Assembly (NCBI GenBank): GCA_039189765.1
Contig: JBCCYL010000010.1
Span: 50,577 to 114,576 of the forward strand
Direction of reading: 5' to 3'
Length of the DNA: 64,000 bases
From: Cyanobacteria bacterium P01_F01_bin.150
GTDB lineage: Bacteria > Cyanobacteriota > Cyanobacteriia > CAKZMO01
Shown here in pieces: positions 23,104 to 32,017 of this stretch. The translations under genes were made by a program, and so were the position numbers. Numbering within the stretch: the first letter of the stretch is position 1; each line of letters begins with the position of its first letter. The notes below the pieces were generated by a model, which ran no database searches, was not told the origin of the DNA, and saw only the letters and a program-made list of their open reading frames with translations.

Positions 23104-23760
23104 ATGGCTAGTGATTTGACCCGTATTTCTATTTCCGAGCAACAGGCAGAAACTGAATTAGAGCTTCTCCAGGTCCTCCTTAGTGATGAGGCCTATCCCT
23201 GGAGCGTAGACACAGATACGGACAACGCTCATCAACAGTACTTTAATCGTCTTGAATCCCAGTGGAACCAGGACCTTGCAGCAGCAGAAGTGGAGGCGAT
23301 CGCGACTAAAGGCCGGGTCTTCTTTCAGCACCTTGATCAGGCATGGGGGAATGCAGATGCTCAGTTGTCTCAAGCTGGGCCGACGCAATTGCCTGCCCTC
23401 GCTTCTATTCAAGCCATCCTTACTGAGAAATTTCAAGACCGCATACCAACTAATTTAATTCATGCCTTGACCCATAAGGCCCATGAACTAGCTGCTCAGC
23501 CCCTTTCATTGGCCGAGCAGTTGGTGCAATCTGTTCAGGATATTTTGCCTGAATGGGGAACAGAGGACTTGCAGGTATTGGCTCGCCCCTACGCCTATGC
23601 CATGCGTGGTCCAGAAACTGACAAGTTAGAAGTCGCCCTTCGTTCCGTTCGCCACGCTACATGGGCTGAATTATCCCGTGTTGAACAAGCCCGTCTCGGT
23701 TTAGCGATTGCTCGATACACCTTTTCTCAAATGCCTACTGACGCTTCAGTTAAGCAGTAA
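23104..23760 (+). CDS. Cyanobacterial hypothetical protein
   Basis: 218-aa helical ORF with AGGAG RBS; AYPW, DLQVLARPYAYAMR and EQARLGLAIARY blocks. Confidence 0.85.
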   Translation: MASDLTRISISEQQAETELELLQVLLSDEAYPWSVDTDTDNAHQQYFNRLESQWNQDLAAAEVEAIATKGRVFFQHLDQAWGNADAQLSQAGPTQLPALASIQAILTEKFQDRIPTNLIHALTHKAHELAAQPLSLAEQLVQSVQDILPEWGTEDLQVLARPYAYAMRGPETDKLEVALRSVRHATWAELSRVEQARLGLAIARYTFSQMPTDASVKQ

Positions 23761-23818
23761 GCTATTGGTCAGCTATTTGTTCAGCCCCCCACAGGCTAAT
23801 TTGAGTAGATTGAAACCT

Positions 23819-25264
23819 TCACTTGTTACCCCAAGGTGTAAAACGAGTGGCAAAGTTGTTGGAGCGCGTCGGTGACAGCGCTCGTGCTTTCAAAATAGCA
23901 GCAGCTAGAAAAGCATAGGACAGTACGCCAATTAATGCCAAGATCAGTGGATTAACAAATCCAGTTGTATTCCATAATGCATGGAGAACAGATGCTGATA
24001 TGTAGCCAATTAGAACAACCTGCCACTGTCGTTGGGATTTGAGAGTACTGAGGCCAATAAAGTAACCCAGATATCCACTGTAGGCCATATGCCCAGACAC
24101 GGAGCCTAAAATACGGGGAATGAGTAGCTGAAGACCCATTAGTTCCTTATTACCCAATGGATCTTGTAGCATGACGCCATTTAGAACTTCAGCAATATAG
24201 AGGTGGGTTTCGATGAGAGTAAAGCCCACTGCTGATGCGGCTCCAATCAAAATTCCATCCAAAGGTTCATTGACCCCTGCATTGCGATAACGGGCAGAGC
24301 GGGCAGAGCGACCCAGAACCCATGCTCCCAAAATGGGCAACGCCTTAATCAACTCTTCCATTAGCCCTGCACCAAACAGCATGCGAATAAACAGGCTAAT
24401 AACGCCAACAGAAGACGGATCGGTTGGAATTGCGCCCGGCAGCCTCTCCTGAAAGACAAAGATAAACGCGTCCAGAAGAGGACTCTTTAAAACCAAAGCC
24501 GTCATCATTCCTGAACTTAGAAGAAGCCAAGCCGGTTTATGTTTGCCACAAAGCTGGTAGACAAAGTAATAGGCTGCCGCAGACAAATAGGCTGCAATCA
24601 ACGTATTAAACGCCTGGACATTCCCTACAGCGATAAACATCAGGACAACAAACAAAACCGTAACCACTCCAGGGATCAAGTAAGCCTTGGCGGTGAGATC
24701 ACGACCAGTGGAGATGATTGGGAAAAGCTGGCTAAAGGTTACGTCACCGGACGATGCTGGCTGATATACATAGGACTCAATAGAGGAATCAGGGGAAAAT
24801 GAATGAGTGCCCGATGGTTCATTGGGAGCGGTTGAAGCTGAACTGACAGGAGGCAGCATTGACTCTTCTTGACCTGCCTCAGGGGCCATATTCAGGTCAA
24901 GGAGTTCAAACATAAACTGGGGGCCGCGTTTCCCTAGGCTAATGCGATCGCCCTCATGGAGTTGCTCTTCTCCTTGGATAAGGCATCCATTGACATAAGT
25001 TCCATTGGAACTATTTAAATCGCAAACCTGCCATGCTGCCTTATCCTGGTCCAAAAACGCTCTAATTTGGGCATGTTGACGAGATACACCCTTATAAGAA
25101 TGGGAATCAAGCACAATTTGACACACTGGATCTCGACCCAGTACGACACTGCCGTCCACAGGCAACGTATAGAATTCAACACTTGCAATACCACCCGGCG
25201 CAATTTGACGCAGGACAGCAGTTAACGGACGTGGACGTGGGTTCATCCACCACCACCCTATCAA
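23819..25264 (-). CDS. FHA domain plus PrsW family intramembrane glutamic protease
   Basis: FHA: LGRD, VSRQHA, SSNGTYVNG. PrsW: EELIK, GFTLIET, GHMAYS, HALWN. Start uncertain. Confidence 0.92.
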   Translation of the reverse strand: MIGWWWMNPRPRPLTAVLRQIAPGGIASVEFYTLPVDGSVVLGRDPVCQIVLDSHSYKGVSRQHAQIRAFLDQDKAAWQVCDLNSSNGTYVNGCLIQGEEQLHEGDRISLGKRGPQFMFELLDLNMAPEAGQEESMLPPVSSASTAPNEPSGTHSFSPDSSIESYVYQPASSGDVTFSQLFPIISTGRDLTAKAYLIPGVVTVLFVVLMFIAVGNVQAFNTLIAAYLSAAAYYFVYQLCGKHKPAWLLLSSGMMTALVLKSPLLDAFIFVFQERLPGAIPTDPSSVGVISLFIRMLFGAGLMEELIKALPILGAWVLGRSARSARYRNAGVNEPLDGILIGAASAVGFTLIETHLYIAEVLNGVMLQDPLGNKELMGLQLLIPRILGSVSGHMAYSGYLGYFIGLSTLKSQRQWQVVLIGYISASVLHALWNTTGFVNPLILALIGVLSYAFLAAAILKARALSPTRSNNFATRFTPWGNK

Positions 25265-25294
25265 TACGCAATGGTCATGGGTTCAGTCTTTACC

Positions 25295-25495
25295 TTACCA
25301 ATTTTGATTTGCCCTTGTATCCTGAACCGCAGTATAAAACGTAATGCCAGTCAGAGGAATACTTACCACTAAAATAATACTGGTTACAGTTGATCCTAAT
25401 TGAGGAGTCCCAGATGAAAGTTCAAAAATAGAGCCGACGGCAGAGATTGCCGCAATGCAGCAAATAGCAAGTAATACACCACTTTTTATGGTCAC
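25295..25495 (-). CDS. Small two-TM hypothetical protein
   Basis: 66 aa; IAAISAVGSIFELSSG-P-LG; directly downstream of def. Confidence 0.75.
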   Translation of the reverse strand: MTIKSGVLLAICCIAAISAVGSIFELSSGTPQLGSTVTSIILVVSIPLTGITFYTAVQDTRANQNW

Positions 25496-25582
25496 AGCTT
25501 TTTCCTAAGAACAACAACGAATAATGGGCGCATAAACTCTGCTGTTCTAATTATCACAGCAGGTAAATGAAAAAAGTATCCT

Positions 25583-26155
25583 CTATGCTACAGGCTTAAC
25601 GTCTTTTGTTGAAAACCCATGTTTTTTCAACTCCTGATTAAGCGAGATAGCATTATCAACCCGATCTACAAACAGCACACCATTAAGATGATCGACTTCA
25701 TGTTGAATGACCCGTGCCAAAAGCTCATTGGCAACTAGCCGCTGTGGGCGTCCCTGCTCGTCTTTGTAGCTTACTTCAATCGATATAGGACGGGTCACAT
25801 CCAGATTCACTTTGGGAATGCTCAAGCATCCTTCCTGGGCGACACAGAGGTCTTTGCTAAATTTTTGAATCTTAGGGTTAATCATCACAAAGGCAGGATT
25901 TGCCGCATTTTCTGGGTCGTCGTCAATAACGAGGATTTGCTTGCTAATGCCAATCTGTGGTGCAGCTAACCCAATACCGTCTTCGCTATACATCGTCTGA
26001 AGCATTTCACGGGCAAGTTGGCGAACATCTGGACCAATTTTGGTTACGCGTTTGCAGGACTGACGTAAAACGCGATCGCCCATGTAGCGTAAGGCCAAAG
26101 GCGGCTTCGCCAGTTTCTTTTTTTCGACAGACAGTATGGAGGATTCAGCAGCCAT
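25583..26155 (-). CDS. def: Peptide deformylase
   Basis: GIGLAAPQ, EGCLS, QHEVDHLNG; cyanobacterial N-terminus VEKKKLAKPPL. Confidence 0.96.
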   Translation of the reverse strand: MAAESSILSVEKKKLAKPPLALRYMGDRVLRQSCKRVTKIGPDVRQLAREMLQTMYSEDGIGLAAPQIGISKQILVIDDDPENAANPAFVMINPKIQKFSKDLCVAQEGCLSIPKVNLDVTRPISIEVSYKDEQGRPQRLVANELLARVIQHEVDHLNGVLFVDRVDNAISLNQELKKHGFSTKDVKPVA

Positions 26156-26413
26156 GAAATTATGCTCAATTGATGTAAAGTGCTACGAATAGCGAAGTTG
26201 ATGTTGGACTTTGCCAGTTCTATGTCTACACCTATCATTTTAATCGACTCTCTGCCAAAACTGGCGGTTAGTTCCCAAGTCAGCAACAACAAGAATTACA
26301 TTAAATTTGTTCCATTTTTACAATTTTCCGGTAACGTTTTGGCGTGGCTGGTCCATTTTTGAACATAGATACAGCCGTCGGTCTTGGTGTCATCTAGGAG
26401 CCATTAGAAGATC

Positions 26414-27841
26414 ATGCTGCTAAATCTTTTGTCCTTGGTTGGGATTGCTGGGTTGTGTGCGATCGCTTGGGGATTCTCAGAGGATCGACGCACTATCCCA
26501 TGGAAAGTCCTTCTGTGGGGTATCGGCTTACAGTTAGTGATTGGAGCACTGGTATTTCTAGTGCCGCCAACGCGGGAACTTGTGCTGATTCTCAACAATG
26601 CCTTAAATGCCGTTATTGATGCCTCGGAGGCTGGAGCACGATTTCTGTTTTCTCCCCTCTTTGTTCCCCAGCCCGCAGCAACTCCGTCCGCTCCCGTATT
26701 AGCAGGGCGTTGGATTGCCCGGTCGATTTCGCCGCCCTACGTTTCGGGGGTGGGAGATCAGCTTGGGGCCGCTAACTTAAACGTGGGGTTTGTGCTGGCC
26801 TTTCGGGTCTTGCCCCAGGTGATTTTCTTTTCTGCGGTGGTGAATTTGCTTTATCACCTTGGCATTATCCAGCCCGTTGTCCGGGTTTTTGCCCAACTGT
26901 TCCGCCGCACAATGAATTTGAGTGGAGCCGAGTCTTTGTCGGGGGCCGCCAATATTTTTGTGGGAATTGAGTCGGCGTTGGCCGTAAAACCATTTTTGGC
27001 CGATATGACGCGCAGTGAGCTGTGTGCCATTCTAGCGTCTTGTTTTGGATCCATTGCCTCTACGGTTCTGGCACTTTATGCTAGCTTCCTTCGTCCGGTA
27101 TTTCCTGCCATTACTGGGCATTTAATGTCTGCTTCTATCTTGACGATTCCGGCCTGTTTTGTGATTGCAAAAATTATGGTGCCAGAGAAGGGGGTTCCCG
27201 TTACCTTGGGCGTGGTTCCAGAAGACCCTGAAGAGGAAGGCGATGGCACTCAGAAAAGCTGGATGGATAGTTTAATTCTAGGCGCTTTAGATGGCGTAAA
27301 GTTGGCCGTGGGAATTGCAGCGGTGATTATTGCCATTTTGGGATTAAAGGAACTCATTAATATGATCTTTCTCAATTTGGCAGGGTTATCCAGCAGCCCA
27401 AACGTTATTCTTGGGGCAATTGGTCAATTCTTTTCCGTGGTCAGCTTAGAAAATATGTTTGGAGTAATCTTTTTTATCCCTACATTTTTGACCGGGGTAT
27501 CCCTCGATTTCTCTGAAGTCTGGCAGGCATCGATTCTAATCGGTAGCCGCGTGTTAGAAACATCCGTTCCGCCCTATTTAGCCTTAGCCAAACTCTATGG
27601 TGCTGGAGAAATTAACCAGCGCACTATGTTAATCGTGAGTTATGTGTTGTGTGGCTTTGCTCATATTCCATCCGTGGGTATTTTTGCGGGTGGGTTGTCA
27701 TCCTTGGTGCCGTCCCGTCGCCATGACATCAGTCAAATTGTCTGGAAGGCGCTACTTGCAGGGACTTTGGCTACATTAATGACAGGCTGCATTGCTGGAT
27801 TATTTGATACAGGCAATGCAGCAATTCTAGGTATCTCGTGA
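26414..27841 (+). CDS. Concentrative nucleoside transporter (NupC/CNT family)
   Basis: LSGAESLSGAANIFVGIE, MTRSEL, YVLCGFA. Confidence 0.93.
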   Translation: MLLNLLSLVGIAGLCAIAWGFSEDRRTIPWKVLLWGIGLQLVIGALVFLVPPTRELVLILNNALNAVIDASEAGARFLFSPLFVPQPAATPSAPVLAGRWIARSISPPYVSGVGDQLGAANLNVGFVLAFRVLPQVIFFSAVVNLLYHLGIIQPVVRVFAQLFRRTMNLSGAESLSGAANIFVGIESALAVKPFLADMTRSELCAILASCFGSIASTVLALYASFLRPVFPAITGHLMSASILTIPACFVIAKIMVPEKGVPVTLGVVPEDPEEEGDGTQKSWMDSLILGALDGVKLAVGIAAVIIAILGLKELINMIFLNLAGLSSSPNVILGAIGQFFSVVSLENMFGVIFFIPTFLTGVSLDFSEVWQASILIGSRVLETSVPPYLALAKLYGAGEINQRTMLIVSYVLCGFAHIPSVGIFAGGLSSLVPSRRHDISQIVWKALLAGTLATLMTGCIAGLFDTGNAAILGIS

Positions 27842-27861
27842 GCTACAGTCAGAGCGGTTAC

Positions 27862-30363
27862 CTAAGTGACTAGGCGTTGGGGATGATCAATGGCAAATCC
27901 TTGAACATAGTCGATGCCTAGCTCCCGGACCTTTTCCAAAATAGCTTTATTTTCCACATATTCCGCGATGGTTTTAAGGCCCATGCTGTGACCAATTTGA
28001 TTAATAGATTGTAGGATGGTTTGAGACACTTTATCTATCGCTGCATCTTTGACTAAACTGCCATCAATCTTTAAATAGTCAACGGGCAAGTGCTTAAGAT
28101 AGGAGAAAGAAGACATGCCACTGCCAAAATCATCTAAGGCAAATGCACACCCCAGCGATTTCATCTCTTGAATAAACGTTGCGGCTTTTTGAAGATTGGC
28201 GATCGCCACCGTCTCAGTAATTTCAAAACACACTTTTTGAGGTTCAATTGGGAAGCTTTGAAACTGATTTTTTAGAAAATCGATAAAGGTGTCATCACTA
28301 ATGGTTAACCCAGATAGATTAATGCTGTAGATCTTATTAGGCACTGATGAAAGCTTGGACAGGTAGCGTAGAGAATTTTGAATAACCCACCGATCAATTT
28401 TGGGCATTAGCCCATAGCGTTCAGCGGATGGAATAAAGGCCATTGGTAGCGTAACAGTATTATTTTGAGGATTAGGAAGCCGAATTAAAATTTCAGATAT
28501 TTCCACATTATCTGAATTAAAATTAGCGTCCGCAATCGTTTGATGATAAAGATGAAATCGCTCGTGATCTAATGCTTGGGTGATGCGAGAGAACCAATGG
28601 CTGTCGCTGGACTGCTGGGTAATATATTCTTCATCTGGATGGTAGACTTGGACGCGGTTGCGGCCCTTATTTTTAGCAGAGTAACAGGTTGCATCAGCGA
28701 GCTGCATCACTTGTTCCGTATTGCCACTTTCCGGGCTGATGGGAATGATACCGATACTGACCCCTATACTAAACACTTTATCACCGTAGACAAATCGATA
28801 GGATTGAACTAAGTTACAGAACTGATTTGCCAGTTCGATAGCCCGGCTTAAATGGCAGTTATAGATTAGTAAGCCAAACTCATCCCCGCCCAGGCGAGCC
28901 AATGCGTCAGATTTACGGACTTTATTGCGCCATAAATTAGTGACCTGTTGTAAAAGCTCATCGCCAGCCGCATGGCCGCACGTATCGTTCACGATTTTAA
29001 AGTGGTCGAGATCCATGTAGCAAAGAACGTGATGAATGTTCTGAGTCCTGGCTAATGCAATAGCATCATCGACAACCTGATGAAATTTGGTGCGGTTGAA
29101 CAGTTTCGTCAAAGGATCATGGGACGCTTGCCAGGCTAATTGTTGGGCTCGCCCCCGCTCCTCGGTTACATCGTGAAACACAAGAACGCTGCCAACAATG
29201 GCACCATCTTCACTGCGAATGGGTGCAGCCGAATCACCAATTGCGATTTTATCCCCTGTTTTAGAAATCAGGGTGGGATGGTTACTAAGGCTAACCGGTT
29301 TACCCTCAGATAGAGCTTGAAGCACGGGATTTATCAGAGTTTCTCCTGTTTCACCATCTACAATGGTGCAAATATCAGTAATAGAGCGTTTTTTCGCTTC
29401 TTGGGCGGTCCATCCTGTTAATCGTTCTGCGACGGGATTAAAATCCTTGATCTGGCCCTGATCGTCCGTGGTGATAACGGCATCGCCGATGGAATGAATG
29501 GTAATTTGGGCCAGTTCCTTTTCTTGATGCAGTGCCTTTTCCAAACACTTGCGACTTGTCGTATCGGTTTGTGATCCTGCCATGCGATAGGCAATGCCGT
29601 CGTCATTCCATAACGCCATTCCACGGGTTAAAACCCAACGGTAACTGCCGTTAGCATGCAGAATACGGTATTCACACTGGAGCTGGTTACTGCCGTAGGT
29701 CAAATGTTTTTGGATAAGCTGTTCAACGTAGCCTCTGTCCTGGGGGTGGATTCTGGTCAGCCAGTCTTCGGGGCGATCGCCCATATCTTCATAGGATAAA
29801 CCCAGCTGAGCTCTCCAACGTGGAGAATAATAGATTCGATTAGTCCTTAAATCCCAGTCCCAAATCCCATCATTAGAGCCTTGGACCGCTAACTCGTATC
29901 GCTCTTCGCTCAACGCTAGTTTTTTCGACATTTCTGCTCGCTCAATGGCGTACTCCAGGCGTTTGATCAGAGAATTAGCAACATCAATATAGCCATGCTT
30001 TGCCAGTCGGATTGGTGATAGAGCCTCTGATTTTAGCCAGTAATCCTGCACTCCATACTGGATGGCTTGAACCGCTAGGGAACTATTGGCATTGCCAGTC
30101 AGTACAATAATAGGAACCTGGGGCGCAAATTTTTGCACTAGTTTAACTAAACCCAACCCCTGGCCATCTGGTAATGAGAGATCCAGTAGAATGACATCAA
30201 ATTTGTTGGCCTTCAATACTGTCAGAGTATCATTCATTCCAGTTGTGTGATGCAGTGATGGAACTAAGACATCTGAGGAGCTTATTAGTTCTTCAAATAA
30301 TCGCGCATCTGATAAATTATCTTCTACTAATAGAGCACTGATACGTTTGGGCATTCTAAACAT
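27862..30363 (-). CDS. REC-PAS-PAS-GGDEF-EAL c-di-GMP enzyme
   Basis: LLVEDN/LLDLSL receiver; DGIWDWD PAS; RKSD I-site plus GGDEF; EIL, DDFGSG, EYVE, QGF. Confidence 0.95.
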   Translation of the reverse strand: MFRMPKRISALLVEDNLSDARLFEELISSSDVLVPSLHHTTGMNDTLTVLKANKFDVILLDLSLPDGQGLGLVKLVQKFAPQVPIIVLTGNANSSLAVQAIQYGVQDYWLKSEALSPIRLAKHGYIDVANSLIKRLEYAIERAEMSKKLALSEERYELAVQGSNDGIWDWDLRTNRIYYSPRWRAQLGLSYEDMGDRPEDWLTRIHPQDRGYVEQLIQKHLTYGSNQLQCEYRILHANGSYRWVLTRGMALWNDDGIAYRMAGSQTDTTSRKCLEKALHQEKELAQITIHSIGDAVITTDDQGQIKDFNPVAERLTGWTAQEAKKRSITDICTIVDGETGETLINPVLQALSEGKPVSLSNHPTLISKTGDKIAIGDSAAPIRSEDGAIVGSVLVFHDVTEERGRAQQLAWQASHDPLTKLFNRTKFHQVVDDAIALARTQNIHHVLCYMDLDHFKIVNDTCGHAAGDELLQQVTNLWRNKVRKSDALARLGGDEFGLLIYNCHLSRAIELANQFCNLVQSYRFVYGDKVFSIGVSIGIIPISPESGNTEQVMQLADATCYSAKNKGRNRVQVYHPDEEYITQQSSDSHWFSRITQALDHERFHLYHQTIADANFNSDNVEISEILIRLPNPQNNTVTLPMAFIPSAERYGLMPKIDRWVIQNSLRYLSKLSSVPNKIYSINLSGLTISDDTFIDFLKNQFQSFPIEPQKVCFEITETVAIANLQKAATFIQEMKSLGCAFALDDFGSGMSSFSYLKHLPVDYLKIDGSLVKDAAIDKVSQTILQSINQIGHSMGLKTIAEYVENKAILEKVRELGIDYVQGFAIDHPQRLVT

Positions 30364-30692
30364 CCTAAACTCGTAACTAAAGATTTTTCATTAAGCTGTT
30401 TGAGGACCTTTATCCAAATAGGGTTACTGCATTTTTTATGTCAAACTTGCAGCCTCAATACACCGGAATTATAAAAAATCATACTCCTAGCGTACTCAGT
30501 GAACTGACGGATTCTTTATTCGAAACAAATGAAAAGTCTTGTAGTAATTACCTTATGAGAGGAGGGAAAAATAATCCAAAAGGGATTCTTCCGTAAATGC
30601 CGTAGAAAGTTGCTCAGTATATTACCGTTGGATACGTAATACACGTAGGTAATAGCCGCAGTGATTTAGGTGGTTTCCGAAAGGATGGGGGT

Positions 30693-31154
30693 TTATCTGT
30701 TAGTCTCGACGCTGGTACTTTTTGAGAAGACATGTTCCCGCAAAGGTAACGTTACAGTTCCTTGCCAAAAACTATAGATTTTCTTTGCCATTTTCTGATA
30801 TTCCTCAAATGATTTGGGCTTAGTAATATATGCATTGGCATGGAGAGCATAGCTCTTAGCAATGTCGCTTGGAGCTGAGGAGCTTGACAAAATAATTACG
30901 GGAATTAGCCCCCAGGTTTGATGGGCTTTAAGGGTCTTTAAAAGTTCATGGCCAGAGATCTGTGGCAAATTTAGATCCAACAAGATTAGTGCAGGAAGAC
31001 AACTACTAGAGTTGTAATTTTCAATAAACTGAAGCATTGCCACTCCACTTGTAAGGACTTGAATCTGTTGTTGCTCTGTAAAATCATCAAAAGATGCCTG
31101 TAAAATCGCTGCATCTGTCGGCGAATCGTCTACCAATAAAATATTGAATGACAT
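30693..31154 (-). CDS. Single-domain response regulator (Rcp1-like)
   Basis: LLVDD, LILLDLNLP, SYALHANAYITKP. Confidence 0.93.
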   Translation of the reverse strand: MSFNILLVDDSPTDAAILQASFDDFTEQQQIQVLTSGVAMLQFIENYNSSSCLPALILLDLNLPQISGHELLKTLKAHQTWGLIPVIILSSSSAPSDIAKSYALHANAYITKPKSFEEYQKMAKKIYSFWQGTVTLPLREHVFSKSTSVETNR

Positions 31155-31605
31155 ATGATGCTCAGTCTTTACAATCCTTTAAAGTTCCCACTACAGACAC
31201 TTTTATAGCATAAATCTCTATTGTTATATCGATCTAACTATAAGAACAGTGTTCACATTAAGCCGCTTATTCTGTCTGGCCTTCGGCTCTATTTCGGGCT
31301 TTTAGAAATACTTTTGGCATATAATTTAATTACTCTATGTTTAATCATGACTTGGTAAAATTAATGACTTAATAAGGATTTGGGAGGTGCAACATGCTCC
31401 TTAAATCCTTATTTTTTAAGTTTATTTTTTATTTATATATAAAATATTTATGTTTTTTTCGCTTATCAATAGATTGCGTAATTCTATCAATGTAAGGTGG
31501 ATAGCTTATTCATAAAATATTCACACAATTGACCAACTGCAAAATCCTCTATGGTGCCATTTAGAGTCTTGGGAGAACATGCTTTAGTTTAGTGTCCAGG
31601 AATGG

Positions 31606-31899
31606 GTGCAACGGCTGATTACCCATTTGGGCATTGCGATTCAACGGATAGATGGTCGCCATCGACAGAGTGAGCTTGAACACTTCGATATGGAATTGGA
31701 ACATAAAAAACTAACGCTGCTTCGTCAGCTCGCTCACAATTATCGGACTCCACTGACGAAAATTTTGGCCGCAGCTGAAACGATTGAAAAGCATAGCAAC
31801 ACTTTAGACCTTGGTACCCAAAAGCGATTTTTATTGCTGATTAAAGATCAAATTCTTTACTTGAATCAAGTTACCAATAATGTACTGAATGTATCCTAA
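31606..31899 (+). pseudogene. Short HisKA-only ORF, probable GAF-histidine kinase remnant
   Basis: LITHLGIAIQ resembles a GAF terminal helix; LAHNYRTPLT is H-box-like; no HATPase domain. Confidence 0.5.
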
Positions 31900-32017
31900 T
31901 CAGGATTTTCTTAGAACAATCTCCGCTAAACGTTTTTTAATCTTGCTGTTATGACTTTGAAGTCAGTCAGCGAGTAAGAAAAGAAATAGCCCTGACCATA
32001 TCCACAAGAAATACCTA

